Of a stretch of DNA of 47,297 bases, positions 47,257 to 47,297 are shown piece by piece. How positions within the stretch are numbered: the first letter of the stretch is position 1; each line of letters begins with the position of its first letter. Origin of the DNA: an uncultured delta proteobacterium (GTDB lineage Bacteria; Desulfobacterota; Binatia; UBA9968); NCBI GenBank assembly GCA_963840855.1, contig CAWJBB010000020.1, positions 1 to 47,297 of the forward strand, written 5' to 3'. Position numbers and translations under genes: made by a program. Under the pieces are notes generated by a model, which saw only the letters and a list, made by a program, of their open reading frames with translations, was not told where the DNA came from and did no database searches.

Positions 47257-47297
47257 ATGATCAAACCCGTCGGCCTGGTGAAGAGTCGGGTCGCGCC
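47257..47297 (+). CDS. start of a CDS truncated by the window edge
   Basis: AGGAGG RBS then ATG, MIKPVGLVKSRVA. Confidence 0.6.
   Translation, partial: MIKPVGLVKSRVA

Overview
GC-rich bacterial chromosomal window. The gene content (many orphan Bug/TctC and NMT1/ABC binding proteins, amidohydrolases, an LLM oxidoreductase) suggests a Candidatus Binatia-like deltaproteobacterium; this taxonomy is inference only. Left to right: (1) tRNA-Glu(CTC) and tRNA-Gln(CTG), gltX and divergent glnS. (2) A candidate lipid-signal system at 3.6-13.9 kb: a FadL-type outer-membrane channel divergent from an operon of an atypical FabF-like ketosynthase, a 7TM-GAF histidine kinase, a catalytically dead REC-AAA+-DHp fusion and a sigma54 activator, then a REC-kinase hybrid and a CxxC hypothetical; two -24/-12 promoter motifs and a palindrome are present. 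(3) An Fe3+/sugar-phosphate-type ABC transporter. (4) A pyrR/M20 hydrolase/pyrE/deaminase/amidase nucleobase-type cluster. (5) A long catabolic and uptake region that includes a trypsin-like protease plus FHA membrane protein pair, a SLATT-like orphan and an AhpD/CMD-family gene with an in-frame UGA in a CxxU motif followed by a SECIS-like hairpin (probable selenoprotein). Intergenic spaces carry a recurrent TTGAAC-core 7/9-nt repeat hairpin family, three MITE-like elements, REP-like palindromes and an IS630 remnant. Several single-base frameshifts and one scrambled gene look like sequencing or assembly errors. All family assignments come from motif recognition by eye; no searches were run.
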